From Octopus vulgaris (Eukaryota), in NCBI GenBank assembly GCA_951406725.2, contig OX597825.1, forward strand, positions 83,452,001 to 83,516,000: 64,000 nucleotides of DNA. The letters run 5' to 3'. Every line of letters starts with the position of its first letter. Within the stretch, counting starts at the first letter, position 1. The position numbers were made by a program, and so were the translations under genes. Of the stretch, positions 27,908 to 43,374 are shown one piece after another. Under the pieces are notes generated by a model that was not told the origin of the DNA, made no database searches, and saw only the letters and a list, made by a program, of their open reading frames with translations.

Positions 27908-28321
27908 AATTTCTTTATTGCACACAAAAGGCTAAACACAGAAGGGAGAAACAAGGACAGAGAAAGGGATTAAATCGATTAGATCGATGCCAGTGCGCAA
28001 CTGGTACTTGTTTAATCGACCCCGAAAGGATGAACGGCAAAGTCGACCTCAGTGGTATTTGAACTCAGAACGTAACGGCAGACGAAATACCTATTTCTTT
28101 ACTACCCACGAGGGGTACACACAGAGGAGACAAACAAGGACAGACAAACGGATTGAGTCGATTATATGGATCCCAGTGCGCAACTGGTACTTATTTAATT
28201 GACCCCGAAAGGATGAAAGGCAAAGTCGACCTCGGCGGAATTTGAACTCAGAACGTAACAGCAGACGAAATACCGCTAAGCATTTCGCCCGGTGTGCTAA
28301 CGATTCAGCCAGCTAGCCGCC
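27908..28321 (-). mobile_element. SINE family A nested dimer
   Basis: Junction AAAGAAATA|GGTATTTCGTCTGCC on the minus strand at ~28090. Confidence 0.9.
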
Positions 28322-28329
28322 CTAAGTAT

Positions 28330-28398
28330 TATATAATAATAATAATATTAATAATAATAGTAATAATAATAATCATAATAATAATAATAATAATGATG

Positions 28399-28488
<90 letters not shown>
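28330..28488. repeat. (TAA)n microsatellite
   Basis: Direct reading. Confidence 0.95.
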
Positions 28489-31382
28489 TAAATAGAATGT
28501 TAAATATCTTGCTGCGCCTTTTGGCCCACTCGATATAAGGCCTAACATATAAAATATTATGTAAAGTGGTTCTAAAGTAGTTATCACCAATATTTGACAT
28601 TTCTATATGAGAATCTAATTCATGAATATAATACTTGTTCAACTTGATTAAACATTATCGAAACCACGTGATATGTTGGTCGAAAGATTCAAATAAAGAA
28701 TTGTAATTGATTTTAAAGCCATTAAATTTTCCGTTTGTTTAAGTAATATCTCATCTACCTTGTATAATGAACACGCTGATGTTTATTTTGTGCGAGAAAA
28801 TAATGGTTTCAAAATTTTAGCACAATGCCAGCAAGTTCGAGCGAGCGGGTAAATCGATTACATCGAATCTCCAGTGCTCATATACTAAATAATTTATCGA
28901 TCCCGACAGGATGAAGAGCAAACTTGATGTCAGCAGAACGTAAACACGGACTCCGTGCCGTTAAACAGTCCACCAGGTGTGCTATTGTTTCGATCAGTTC
29001 GCTGTCTTATGCTGGAGTTGGGCAATGCTAGAATATATTTTACAGCGGAGGCTGACAAAAGTCCATGCTGAAGATGAAGTTTCGAAACTATTTCTCCAAG
29101 CAAAATCAGATAATGAGATTACGATGAGTTGGTGAAGGCGTTACTGATTTCTCTTGAGAAGTTACTTGGGGACGCTTTATAACCCGGAAGTATACAAAAA
29201 TCGAAACCGCATCAATAAATCAGATATTCCTTATTGAATGGACCGACCGAGGACGAAGTGTGAAATTCAGAATCCCGTGATTTGAATGTGAAGAACGGAT
29301 ATTAGTCGCCGAATTGGCAGTGAAACCACAGCAACAAGCATTTGCAAAGATTGAATGTAGCCAATGATTGGAGTCCGTTTAATTGCTGGTTATTTGTTTT
29401 AGCTTGAGTGTTCCACTTATTTCATCGACTCCGAAAGGATTAAAGGTAAAGTCGACCTCAGCGGATCTTGAACTCAAAGTAAACACGAGTAAAATTCCGC
29501 TAACAATTTTGTCCGGTATGCTGACGATTCTGCCGGCTTGCCGCCTTATTGTAGGCGGAAATATTGGGCCACGGGTGTTATTGAAATTCAGAGAGTAAAA
29601 CAAAAGCGACACCATTTTGTTAGGCTTTAGACTCGTTACGAAATATTAACATATTCAGACTTAGCGGATGTTATTCTAGATGGCATTGATCAATGTACAT
29701 GCGTGATGATTAAATTCTTTGAATAATGAACGGTAAGTTGATTTCGGTGAGGGTTTAAAGGAATAACTTAAAGAAACATTCGTACTAAATACCTAAAGTT
29801 ATTTTTTTTCAACACTCAAACGTTTTTATTAATAGACCACACTAAACCAGCACTTTTTTTTATCGACTTTGAATGTTTGAAAGTAAAATATGGCTTCAGC
29901 GAAATTTGAAGTGTGAAACTCTTTACTCTTCTTTATCTGCAACAAATACCGAAATATATATTGTTCAACGCTATGCCAATCCTTCCATTTCATGGAATAG
30001 TATTTTATTTCTATCTGCTCCTGCATGGGTGGAATTCTGAAAGGATCTTGAAGTTCTTTGATCTAAGAATGTACCTGATGCGGTGCATTTTCCAAGTGTT
30101 TACTGAAGTCACTATTTATTTTAAATTGTTGGAATAATGAAAAGAATGACGGAACTTACTCATGAATATAACTGGCACTGGACACAGCTTTATCAATCAG
30201 ATTTGAATAAAAAGTTAACACCAGCATGACTAACGTTTTGTTTTATCGTTCTTCTGGTTTAATCCACATCGGTGATGATAGGGATAAATTGGGCAGCTCA
30301 CCGGCGGCCACACTGGGCTAAGAGGTATTCTATAGCTCGCTGTAAATAAATAAATACCAAAGTGACAAGTGCATTATCTTGCTCAGGGACCTATAAAGCT
30401 GCTAAGACAGATATGAACCAGATTAATCTTGATCAAAAATTCTATATTCCAAGACATTTTGACCTTGACAACCATGTAAGTTTTAAAGAAAGATGTGTAT
30501 TTAAAACCATTATGTTCCAGTCTTCCTGGCAAGCCTTCGTCAATATAACTCAACAGAATCGAAATTTACGCGCAAGAGTAAAGGATATAACTTTTGAATG
30601 TCTCACTAAATAAGATTTACCTCTTCCTTTCGACTGTTCAGCGATCTTATTTCAAAACCCATTGATGTCAACTAATCGTTTCTTCACAACCCTTACACAG
30701 ACCTCTGCATTTCCATCGTTTATTGATCGTTAAAATAAAATCTGTTAGCCAACAAACATTAACAAATTATACAGCAGTCGGTTCAACAATTGGCCTTGTG
30801 CCAAGCAAACAGAACCCAATGTTAAACTACTCATTATATTATCGCATAAATATTTGCCAAAGTTTCTGTCAATTTTAAAATAGATATACTTGAAATACCA
30901 TGTAGCTATTGTATGATTAATATCTTCAAATCCAGATCAGAGTGATAATTGGTTTGATATAATAATTAATTTTGTGGTATTCTTTCATTTGAATATAGCA
31001 GTTTTGACACATAATCTAAATTTAACAAATTATAGTTACTGAAAACCAATTGACTGAAGGGGAGCCTAATTAAACAAAATTTCAATCTTTAACATGATTC
31101 TAAGAGAAGCCTTTCAAAGTAGCTTCCACTGTTTAAAGCCGAAATATACCAAGTCAAAATCTTTCTTTCTAGAAGCTATAAATCAGTGGATAACATCACC
31201 AAGATGTGTCCAGCATATAGGATCTATGTATAGCAGCAGCGTTATCTCAGTGAAACTAACTAATTGGATAGTAGCGCGATATCTAATGAAGCATTTACAG
31301 AGTGGAGATTAGATGACTACTGGCGGATTTTTAAACAGAGACCAGAATAGATAACTTCGTGGTTATTATGTTATCATGACGC

Positions 31383-31680
31383 CGAAGAGGAAGAAGAAGA
31401 AGGCGAAGAAGAAGAGGAAGGCGAAGAAGAAGGAGACGACGAAAAAGAAGAAGAAGATAAAGAAGAAGAAGGCGACGAGGACAACGAAGAAGAAGAAGAA
31501 GATAAAGAAGAAGAAAAAGAAGGACCAGACGAAGAAGAAAAAGAAGAAGAAGAAGAAGAAGAAGAAGAAGAAGAAAGAAAGAAGAAGGAGACGACGACAA
31601 CGAAAAAGAAGTGGAAGAAAAGGAAGAGGAAGTAGATGAAGAACATCGACAACAACAGCAACAGCAACAACAACAACAAA
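31383..31680. repeat. (GAA)n/(CAA)n degenerate trinucleotide tract
   Basis: Direct reading; explains the poly-K/S/L ORFs. Confidence 0.95.
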
Positions 31681-32196
31681 AAGCGTTCGTTTCTGTTAAC
31701 TTATTAATGCTTCCAGAGAAGGGAGGAGAAGCTATTGTTGTTGTTGCTATTGTTAACGTAGAACTCGCTAGATTTTCTTCCCTGACAGCTTTACACTTAA
31801 CAGTTATCGCCTTAACGACTAATGGCACGATGAAAAAGAAAGAAAGAAAGTAAAACGAAAACAAACAAAGGAAAAATGAAACAAAACAATAAAGCAAAGA
31901 GAAGAAAAAAATAAATAAATAAAAGGAACAACGGCCGAGAAGAAGAAGCATGACAAAGATATTTAAGGAGCGAACTGAGATTTCTTCCATAAATGAAATT
32001 ATGGTGAGGCCACAGAAGAACAGAAGAAGGAATTGATTTATCAATGTTAAAGGGCAAAAGCAGTTTGGATTTAGAATATGACGAGCGACTACACCCACAT
32101 TCAAAGAAAGCTGATTCCCAGCTATACGAACCATATAGCGGACATGATACACATATATATACAGGCGGACATGTTTATGTACATGAGCATATATGC

Positions 32197-32257
<61 letters not shown>

Positions 32258-32542
32258 GTATGTGTATCTTTGTGAGTGGGTGTTTATGTCACTATAATGC
32301 ATATATGCATGTATGTTTTAGTAAATATATAGATATGTAAGTATGAATATGTATACCTGTAAACATATATACATACACAGACATGTCAATATGCATGTAT
32401 ATATATATATATATATATATGTATACATGCATACGTTCATACATACATACACACACGCACATTCATACACATCTTACCATGTATGTAATAATTTTATATT
32501 TTCATATGAAAACAATAGACTTTGGTGCATGTTAAATGAAGT

Positions 32543-32587
<45 letters not shown>

Positions 32588-32655
32588 ATATATCATACAT
32601 AAATGCTTATAGGCAAATATATATATACATATATATACATGTTTATATACATATG

Positions 32656-32723
<68 letters not shown>

Positions 32724-33109
32724 TGTATGTATGTATGCCAGCAACATATCGTGTAACATAACATTAGTCGGTTATATGTGTAAAACGTTGAATAATTCAT
32801 GTTTTAATACAAGTTTTATATAACATCTATGGAGAACTAAGTACATTATTCTCTATACAACGCATGGAATTAGGTGTCGATACACAAAATTATTTCAGGC
32901 AGCCTCGACAGCAAAAAACTTCCGACCTATGAGATAAACGTGGGTAAACAGTACAGATTACAGCGAAAGATATATTGAAGTCATATGTGTTCATAATGAT
33001 GTGTAAGAATGGGCGTGCGTTGTATTTGTGCATGCGTATAGTCCTACGCATATATATATATTTTATATATAGAGATATATATATGTGCGTGTGTGTGTGT
33101 GTGTGTATA

Positions 33110-33410
33110 ACTGGCACTCCGCCGATTAGGCGACGTATCTTCCAGTTGATCGGATCAACGGAACAGACTGCTCGTGAAATTAACGTGCATCTGGCTGAGC
33201 ACTGCAAAGACACGCGTACCCTTAACATAATTCTCAGGGAGATAGCGTGATATAAAAAGGGACAAGTCTTGTTGTCTGACAAACAAGTTTAACTCATTTT
33301 TTGTCGGTTGATTAGACTGGAGCAACATAAAGTGAAGTATTTTGCTCAAGAGCCAACGCATAGTCCATTTCAGGAACAGAAGCCATCATTGTATGATAAC
33401 GTGTCCAACC
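33110..33410 (-). mobile_element. SINE family C, diverged
   Basis: Similar to 11450-11762 and 56801-57117. Confidence 0.8.
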
Positions 33411-34199
33411 ACTTATGTATGCATGTATGTATGTATTTCGGTAGGTAGGTAGGTAGTTACGTTTTAAGTTGCTTTTAAGAATATCGAGAAGGCTTTCCGA
33501 GTTCATTCACAGAGGTTAAAAAATTCAAGGACCGCTGCTATACGTTTGTGAATCGGAGATGGGAATATGGTCAATAAAACCATAATAAATTATACTAAAT
33601 AAAATCATAATAAACTGTATGTTCCTAACCTCAATCCATGAACACGCTTGTATTTTTGTATAAGTTTACCTACATTATTCAATCAACAAGGCTATCCGAT
33701 GTTCTTAAACATCGCTCGTCACAAAGCATTCCACGCATTGTTTTAGAGTTCGAACGATACCACCACACTAGCTGCGCGAGTAGGCTACTATCCTCATAAC
33801 TTAGCTATTCAGCAAAACAGACAATTGGAATATTTACCAGGCTTAAATATGTGTACTGGAAACGATGCTTTGACTAAAGCCTTAATGGTTCTGCTTTATT
33901 AAGGCTTTGTTTTTGTTAGAGAGAAAATTTCGTCAAAGATATTTTTGTCATAAAAGCACAAATTATATCGGAGCCAGGGAAATAATATCACAGCAGTACG
34001 TAACGAGAAGGACAGATGCGTTCCGCGCTACTTACAGCTCTTCAACGACTTGGACTTGGCAACCTTTCCGCAATACCAAGAATATATTGTTCATTTTTGT
34101 TATACACGAAAGCTAAAATTTCATCAAAGCAAGTGACAAATGGTTTCACGGCGTTGACAAGCCCTAAATCCCTATCAGAATAAAATGTCTCTGTCGCTT

Positions 34200-35231
34200 T
34201 CATGATAGAGACTTTTTTTTTTTCTGATAGGGCACTGTAAATAATATTGAGATCTGGGGACTGTGGTGGCTAGATAAGATGTTCAACTTCACTAGAAAGT
34301 TCCTCGTGCTACTCAGTAAAATTTTTGGTGTATTATCATCCTGAAAGATTACATTTGCCTCCGAAAACAGTTCCGCAACCATAGGATGAATTTGATCAGA
34401 TAGTCTTGACTATTAATACTGCCATGAAGGCAAACCATAGGGCAGGCGGATTTCCAAGATATGGACCCCCAGATCATCACATACCCTCCTCCATGTTTAA
34501 GAATTGGAAGAAGGCGGTCTGGGTTAATTGCTTCTTTTGGCTGTCTCCACGCGTAAACTTGGCCGCTGGTCGGAAATAACGTAAAGGATGACTCGTCCGA
34601 GAAAACGACATTCTTTCACTGCTCTAGGGACCAATTCTGTAGGTTTTTACTTCACTCTAAACGCTTTTCAACGTTTGCTCTTGAAAGTAGTGTTTTTTTT
34701 TATTGCAGCCTCCCGTGAAATCAGGCTTTGTGCAGCTCCCGGTAAACAGTTTTTGTGGAAACTGGGTTCTCGAGGTGGTCATGAAGCTCTGCAGTAATTT
34801 TGGGAGCTGTACGTTGTAATCCTTTCTAACAATTCACGTAAGAATCCGACGGTCCCTATCTGAAAGTTTTGGTTTTCTTCCTGAGTTTTGTTTCGACGAG
34901 GAGGTTATTCTCTTTCTCAAAAGCTGTCATTACTTTCGAGACATTACTTTTTGACACACCAAACATTTCGGCTATTTTTGTTACGCTAGCGCCTACCATA
35001 CGAGCACCAGCAATTTGACCCCTTTGAAAGTCCGTTAGATCTGTCATTTTAATGAATTTTAATTACTTTTTTTCTGATGATATCTGAAAAGAAACAGCAG
35101 TGTTAGCAAAACATATTAAACAACATTAATAGTAAATAAAGAAAGCAAAAATAAACAGGCGCGTTTGGTGGTTTTATATATATTTCAAAATTATGATACT
35201 AGTTGTTTCCATTATTTGTCCAACCCCTGTA
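34200..35231 (-). mobile_element. Tc1-family DNA transposon remnant (one TIR, disrupted transposase)
   Basis: Minus strand TA|CAGGGGTTGGACAAATAATGGAAAC terminus; HTH start MTDLTDFQRGQIAGAR; catalytic-region peptide IFQDDNTP; multiple frameshifts. Confidence 0.9.
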
Positions 35232-35384
35232 GATTATTTACTTAGGAGTAAATCTACTTACATCTTAACCATACATTACAAATTACAGACTTGTTGCAAA
35301 TATTCAGAAATTCTTATAACTGTATTCATGGATGTGATTCTACTGAGTGATATAACTCTTTCTAGTATAGAAAGGGTTATATAA

Positions 35385-35713
35385 GTCAGTAACTGGTACC
35401 TAATTTTTCAACTCCGAAATTATGAAAGGCAAAGTCGAACCTGGCGGCATTTGAACTCAGAACGTGATGACAGACGAAATGCCTATTTCTTTACTACCCA
35501 CAAGGGCTAAGCACAGAGAGGAAAAACAAGGACAGACAAATGGATTTAGCCGATTACATCGACCCGAGTGCATAACTGGTACTTACTTAATCGACCCCGA
35601 AAAGATGAAAGGCAAAGTCGACCTCGGCGTAATTTGAACTCAGAACGTAACGGCAGACGAAATACCGCAAAGCATTTCGCCCGGCGTGCTAACGATTCTG
35701 CCAGCTCAACGCC
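35385..35713 (-). mobile_element. SINE family A nested dimer
   Basis: Junction AAAGAAATA|GGCATTTCGTCTG at ~35483. Confidence 0.88.
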
Positions 35714-37549
35714 TTGTAATGACTTATATAACATGACTTATATAAGATGGGAAACCTCTTGAAATAAGCTAATTTCCACAGATATCGCCAACGTTTCCTT
35801 AGTTATAGTTTCCAGATATAGTTTTACTCTGAATAGAAGTTGCGCAACTAGAGAAAATGGAATGGATATGTAACTTGAATGTAGACAACTAAACAAGATG
35901 CACGAGATATATTATTAAGTTTACTGTTGTCATATAATCCATTAAGACAGTAAATTTACTCTCGAAAATTTAACTCTGTGTAAGATGTCGCTAATTAAAT
36001 ATCGAACAAAATATATTCTGTTCCACTGTATTTTCGTGCATTTTACTCTTGTCTTGTATTACGTAGTCTAATTTAGTATTTTCTATAATCTAGTGAAGCT
36101 TAGCCTACTTATGTTTAGAAGTTTAGTCACGTTTGTTATATCATATATATTGTAATGTATTCTCTATTTTATCAATTCGGTTGTATGACGGATTAGAAGA
36201 ATTGTTAGTTCATTGGAATAATGCTTACCGCGTCTTCCAGTATATTTTCATTTCCATTCCTGCCGAGGTCAGGTTTACCTTTCATTCCTTTGAAATTCAT
36301 AAAATGAGGAAGTATTCTACTACTGGAGTCGATGATGCTGACAATCCTACAGAAAATTACCGTCATTATCAAATTTGAAATCTTTAAATCAATGCTGTAT
36401 TGTCCAACAAATAGGCTCATTCTTGAACAATTCCAGTATATAGAGGTGGTTTGCGTTTTTTGTTCTTTGAGAAGAGGTTGCCAAACCTCTTGCTTAAATT
36501 TTCTTAATTTCCTAAGAAAGATAGATACTTTATATGTGTAGTCTCCCACATTTATTGCTATAGTACAACGCAACTGATTTCCAGAGAAAGAGAGGAAGAC
36601 AAAAGTAGTGGAATCAACCCGACTATCTCACTATTACTTTATTTCTCGATGGAAGAAAGGAGTTTGAAGCGACATGCCAGAAAGCCAGAGAAAATACTGT
36701 GCGACAACCCAGCCGATGCTCAGAAGGCTTTTAATTCGCGGCATTAAGGTAAGTATAGGCTAGCTTTATACCTTTGCACACTGACTCCTTGACAGAGTCT
36801 AAGAGTCGCAGTTGTGACGTATGACATATGTTTGGCATTTCTTAGATCTGGCAAGGCCCGTCTCTCTCTAATGGCAATTGCAGCTAATATTTTCCGGAGA
36901 AAGTAAAACAACATAAAACGACAAAACGACTTCATTCTAGGTATTTTATTTATCGGACTCGAGACGATGAACCACAACGCTTGTTTCAGCAAGATTTGAA
37001 CTCAGATAAAAAGGCACAAAACGCTGACACGACTACTTCAAAGTAAATCTATCACACGATCTAATAACTTGGCCATTTTGACCGACTTTATGTTTAAACG
37101 TTAAAACAACGAAGAAGGAAGACGCCTGCTCCTTGGAGACAAATTACGAATGACGTTGAATGTAGACGATCTTCTGCATGATGTAAATAATGAATATGGC
37201 ATCTATCCTTATGTAGAATTATTTGTGATAATGTATAACATATATTTGGAACTCACTTCCTGTTTGGTGTGTCAACTTATTATTGATTTAAAGATGATTG
37301 CTGTCGCAGGAATTTCTTTAAGCGCAAAAGAAAATACTATGACACTTTTTTTTATGAGAAGAGTAAATTGATGATTTGAAATGAATGAAACTCGATGTAA
37401 CGTTGCCACTACCATGATTTCCATATCCTAGAGCAAATTAATTTAGCCCCTGGCAAGGATGGATTATATCTAATGAGAAACACGTCAGAATTTTTACTAA
37501 TCCATTTGGAGAACTTCCTGTGACACACACACACATATATATATGTACG

Positions 37550-37592
<43 letters not shown>

Positions 37593-37605
37593 GTATATAT
37601 ATATG

Positions 37606-37640
<35 letters not shown>

Positions 37641-37706
37641 ATATATATATTTATATACATACATACATACATATATATATACATTTACATATACATACAT
37701 ATATAT

Positions 37707-37792
<86 letters not shown>

Positions 37793-38351
37793 CTCAGATC
37801 CTTTCTGTACTGAAAAACAAACAGATACCATATATTAGTGTGTTGAATTAATGATGTTAAAGACAATGAAATATTGGTTTTGAATTGTGCATATAAATCA
37901 AATACGAACTTAAACGTAATTAACGAGGTCATTCAAAGACGTGAATTCATAAATATGACAAACTGTTGCGGTGTGACAGCAAAGATTGGACTTATATACT
38001 AACTAAGAGATATAGGATGCGGTATTTTGTTTATAATTCCACTCATCAATTATTAAAAAGGAAACAATAACGTTAGATTAAAACCAAGACATCATTTAGT
38101 GAGTGCAAACAGGTGGGGAATACAGAACCTCGTGTCAGAGACGGTAACCCTCTATTTCGGTAGATTTTGGACGCTGGTTTTAAATATGTTATCAATTTTT
38201 CTGTATCATCTCTGGTTGTCGGCATATGTTGTACCACTAACTACTACGCATAAAATCGATTGAGTACAAGGACTGATGGTAAAAATCATTATTGTTGCTT
38301 TTCAGATAATACAAACAAGAAATAGACCTTCATACGAGAAGGATACAGATA

Positions 38352-38751
38352 TCTTTATATATAAAAGTCAAGTAGTGTGTCTGTCTCCCACAATTTAGAT
38401 TCCTAACTACTCCCACATTTTGAGGTGCAGTTTAACCAAAACCGGGTATCTTATAGTCGTCATTCATATCGAGCCCTTCTGGGTATTAGTGCGCGTCTAC
38501 GATGAGTCTACGATTTAAAAAAAAAATTCACCATCATTTTTTTTCCATTTTAATGCATTTTTTCGCTATTATATAAGGGAAGTAACTCTCTAAAAATGTC
38601 TACGATGAGTCAATGATTTAAAAAAAAATCTACCATCATTATTTTTCCATTTTTAATGCATTTTTTTGCTAGTTTTGCTATATAACTCTCTAAAAATGCT
38701 TATATAGTTATTTCCCTTACAAACCCGAGCAACGCCGGGCGATACTGCTAG
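38352..38751 (+). mobile_element. Non-autonomous Helitron-like element with internal ~103-bp tandem duplication
   Basis: A|TCTTTATATATAAAAG start, CCCGAGCAACGCCGGGCGATACTGCTAG|T end; GTCTACGATGAGTC..AACTCTCTAAAAAT repeated twice. Confidence 0.85.
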
Positions 38752-39930
38752 TTTATGAATAAATTACATCCATAGAAACAAATAATAGTTGACACAAGAG
38801 CAGAAAGTTGATACATAGTCTGGTGAGTTCCCCATGAAAACTGGTGGAGTGAAAATTGGTGGAGTGATGCGTTAGAACTCTGTCACATGTGCTGTATCTA
38901 TAATTCCAGTTTTGGCACACTGCCTCATGCATATTCTATCTAGCAAGGCCGAAGTAACATCCATAGATGCTCTAAGCACTTAAAAGATTTTCGAGGTCCC
39001 ATATATATGAAATTCAAAATATAAACAATAATAAACCATAAAATAAATCTATTTTTCATAAAACAAAAGTAAAAATAAAATGGAAAATCCCGTTTATCCT
39101 TTTATACTTCCAATTAATATTTGAAAATGTCATCTCTTATTTCACTTTAATTGCAAATTTCACTTAGTTCACTTTAAGTGCAAAACCTTTAATTACTTCA
39201 CTTTAATTGCAAATGCTTTGATAAGATCCCTTGATTGAGACCATAGATACTTCGAAATTATGTTTCCGATCATATAAACCAACTTGGAAGTTATTTTAGC
39301 GAGTTCAACGTGATTTCTCTTTTCTCTGTAAACCATGTGCTATTTCTGTGGGGCTACCGTTCATTTGATGCATTAAGCACGTGATTATTTCCCTTAATGA
39401 TTAACCCGGCACTACTATATAGGAATTATGGTTAATTTAACACGTGCCACGAAAATAATCAGCCACTGCCATGTTAAGAACGATGAGCAGGTAATTCATC
39501 TGGTTGGCCGAACAAGTACTCATCGCCGAACACGACTGCAATCCATTTAGTTCTACAGCGTTGTAAACACGGTTTAAAATGATAGAGATGAGTTTGGCCT
39601 GAAACATAGATAAATAAAATATATGGTATCACATAGTTTGCAGGATATAGTGGAGAGTTTCCATCACATAAATGTATAGCCAGTGATGCTATTATAAAAC
39701 AAAAAACATATACACAGTAATGTTTGACCACAAAAATAGCTGCAAAGTAACGTGTAATTTACTATCTCCTTGCCTCGATATCGAATCCACTTAAATCATA
39801 ATCAATATCGTATTTCTGAAGCTAGATAAATGATTCTTGTTTCACTGACTCAGGAATCTCTATGCTACACTATCATTGGACGATGTTGTAAAATCCGGGA
39901 GGGAATAATGACGGTCTACACTGGCAAGTA

Positions 39931-40266
<336 letters not shown>

Positions 40267-40630
40267 ATCTGACATCAGTAAAATGAAATTATTTTGCCGC
40301 AAGTAAGATGAAAGAAGAGAAGCTGTTTAAACTTCCTGGTAAGATTATTGTATACTAGTTAAGGATTGAAAAAAAGGTTTTAAATAAAAGTTAACCTGTT
40401 CAGATCTCCAATAAAACATGTAATGTAAGCAGCAAAATATGGCCTTCCTTGTAAATATACAAGAAGTTCTTTTGGTCTGCCTGGTATATGTTGAAACGCA
40501 GATAACATCTTTAGAAACAATAAATACATGCGAACAAGGTTTTTGCCATTGTTTTCAAGCGTTTCCAAAACTGTCAGTGCTTTGGAACCCCTATGTGGAT
40601 GAGTTTCCATACGCTCCCCAGTGTTTTGAA

Positions 40631-40818
40631 AAGTCTCTTTCTTTTTTTTACTCTTTTTTACTTGTTTCAGTCATTTGACTGCGGCCATGCTGGAGCACCG
40701 CCTTTGTAAGCCCAGTACTTATTCTATCGGTCTCTTTTGCCGAACCGCTAAGTGACGGGGACGTAAACACACCAGCATCGGTTGTCAAGCAATGCTAGGG
40801 GGACAAACACAAACACAT

Positions 40819-40859
<41 letters not shown>

Positions 40860-41025
40860 TATATATGACAGGCTTCTTTCAGTTTTCGTCTACCAAATCC
40901 ACTCACAAGGCATTGGTCGGCCCGGGGCTATAGCAGAAGACACTATCCCAAGATGCCACGCAGTGGGACTGAACCCGGAACCATGTGGTTGGTTAGCTAG
41001 CTACTTACTACACAGTCACTCCTGC
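40631..41025 (-). mobile_element. SINE family B, near full length
   Basis: Reverse-complement match to 27102-27531 with a short internal deletion. Confidence 0.9.
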
Positions 41026-41346
41026 GTCTGTCTACACATAATTTCACAAAATGCTTAGTGATATTTCGTCCGTCTCTAAGCTCTGAGTTCAAATACTGCC
41101 GAGTTTGTTTTTGCTTTTCACCCTCTCGGAATCCATTTAAGAAGTACCAGTTTCACACTGAGGTCCATGTGGTCTACTATTCATCCATGTGATATACTAT
41201 TAATCTCTTCCAAAATGTCACGCCTTGTACCTATAATAGAAAGTTCATATCTCTGTCGCTGTTGTATTTATTGTGTAGCACTTTATTTAGCTTCCAGCTC
41301 TGATTTGTACCGATCAAATGATTACTAGTGTCATAACAGTTGTCAC

Positions 41347-41633
41347 CAGTGGTGGACTGGCCAGGTTTCCAGCTTACCCGATAGCAAGTGGGCCCCTGCA
41401 TTATTAGAATCCATAAACGGAGGTCCATGTTAGTATCTAAGAAGCCCATGCCCTCAAGTTTGAGAATGTTTTATTCACTCCTGAAGAATGCATTAATTAT
41501 TTCAGCCTGGCTGTGTTTGTAGACAGTTGAAATGAATACTTTAACAAAAGAAAGAAAAATGATAGCATTGTAGTTGCAGATGGGACGCCTTAGTCCCCTG
41601 GCAACCAATATCTATAGACGCAATCCACCATTG
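41347..41633. mobile_element. hAT-type MITE
   Basis: Imperfect TIRs CAGTGGTGGACTG / CAATCCACCATTG and an 8-bp TSD GTTGTCAC / GTTGTCGC. Confidence 0.75.
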
Positions 41634-41859
41634 GTTGTCGCCTCGTCTTTCCTCTGATATTTAGAGGAGTATATTATCGAACGAGCTTTATAATTTAAGA
41701 CAATACAGTGTAATTTCGCTGCTGTTTGTTGCAGATCAACTAATAACAACAAGACGGTTCAGTTAGATGACCATTACATGGAAGCGTTTCGGTGTTGCGT
41801 TTGTACTTCGTGTTGATTAACTGAGATGAACCACAATTATGGAATGAATTCAGGTCGTG

Positions 41860-42018
41860 AGAGCATGGTTGTGTACGTCTGAAATAGACGCGGGTCTGGA
41901 TGTTTGGTAAAAAGCTTGCGTGACACCGTGCGAAAGTATTTTCCACTATAGCCACGGGCCTAACAAAGCCTTATGGATGGATTTGGTGGACGGAACCGGA
42001 AAGACGTCCGTGGTATAT

Positions 42019-42061
<43 letters not shown>

Positions 42062-42062
42062 C

Positions 42063-42099
<37 letters not shown>

Positions 42100-42370
42100 T
42101 GTATATATATATGTATGTATATAGATATATATGTGTGTGTGTGTCTTTGTGTCTGTGTTTGTCCTCCACACTGCTTGGTAACCGGTGCTGGTGTGCTTGC
42201 ATCCTCGAAACTTAGCTGTTCTGCAAAGAGAAACTAATAAAGTAAGTACCAGTTTTGATAGGAAGTAAGTCCTAGGGTCGATTCATTCGATTAAAATTCC
42301 AGAATGTGGTGCCCCAGCATGACCGCAGTCTAATGACAAAAACAATGAAACGATAGAAGATAAAAGAAAA
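41860..42370 (+). mobile_element. SINE family B, diverged
   Basis: GGATTTGGTGGACGGAA, internal microsatellite and CCAGCATGACCGCAGTC tail. Confidence 0.8.
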
Positions 42371-43374
42371 CCTCATATCGCATTATTTAATGCAGTAATT
42401 TCAGGGAGATTTGACTGTTGTTTTTGCAAGAAGAGCAGAATTATAGAGGCTGCCTCGACGGCCAGTGGGATACTTTATTAGTTTATAAAGCTGAAATGAA
42501 GTAGATTTTAGATAGATAAGATAAAATAAAATATAATTCTTGATTTCGTTCAGATTCTTTCGTTAGTCTAAGCTATTTTAACTACGTATGCGCTGAATCT
42601 ACAGTTTTGGAATTTGTTGATAGCTTCATCTTTGCGGTGCAATGTTCGTTCATGCAATCAAACTCTAGCATTCACGTTAGTTTCATAACATCTATCCGCT
42701 GGATGTTTAACCATGCGTGTATATTTCGTACGGAGGGAATCAGAAACATTCACAGAAGCTGCACGTTTGATTAAATACCGTTTTTCATGAAGGGTACACT
42801 TGAAGAACAGTGAGTATTTTGCGGGTTGGCATATTATGTAAAGTTCGAAAAGAAAACTTGATAAACAGTAATAGAGATTTCCAATTTTGCATCTGATATC
42901 TTAGCTATAAAACATCAGTTAATTTTAAGGGTTAAAATGCATTAATGAATATAATATAATGTAATATGATATAATATATAATATGACATAATAGATGACA
43001 TACTATGTAATATAATATAACACAGTATCATATAATATATAAGGAGACAATATGAATTAAATGATAACATGGACGCTCAGTGAACGCAAACCTGCGCCAA
43101 GGCAACGCCAGCGGAATACTACTGCTAATAATAATAATGATATATAATGTTGTTTTTTTAATTTTGGAACAGGGCCAGCAATTCTCGAGAGAAGAGGTTA
43201 ATCAAAATACATCGATCTCATTACGTGACTGATATTTTATTCTGCTGACCAAAGTTGGAAAAAACGCAATGTTAACCTTAGTGAGATTTGAACTCCGAAA
43301 GCAAAGGATCGCAAAACATATCTCAAAACATCTTTTCTGACGCTGTCACAAACGTTTCGGTTCGCCGTCTTAAT

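Noticed and set aside
29050-29340. Exon-like or transposase-like segment, also containing CTGAAGA..GAAAC
   Set aside because: Stops in the candidate frames, no recognisable domain, and hammerhead stems I and III absent.
39437-39500. Minus-strand peptide MNYLLIVLNMAVADYF resembling class A GPCR TM2
   Set aside because: Stop follows within a few codons, no properly spaced TM1 and no downstream helices.
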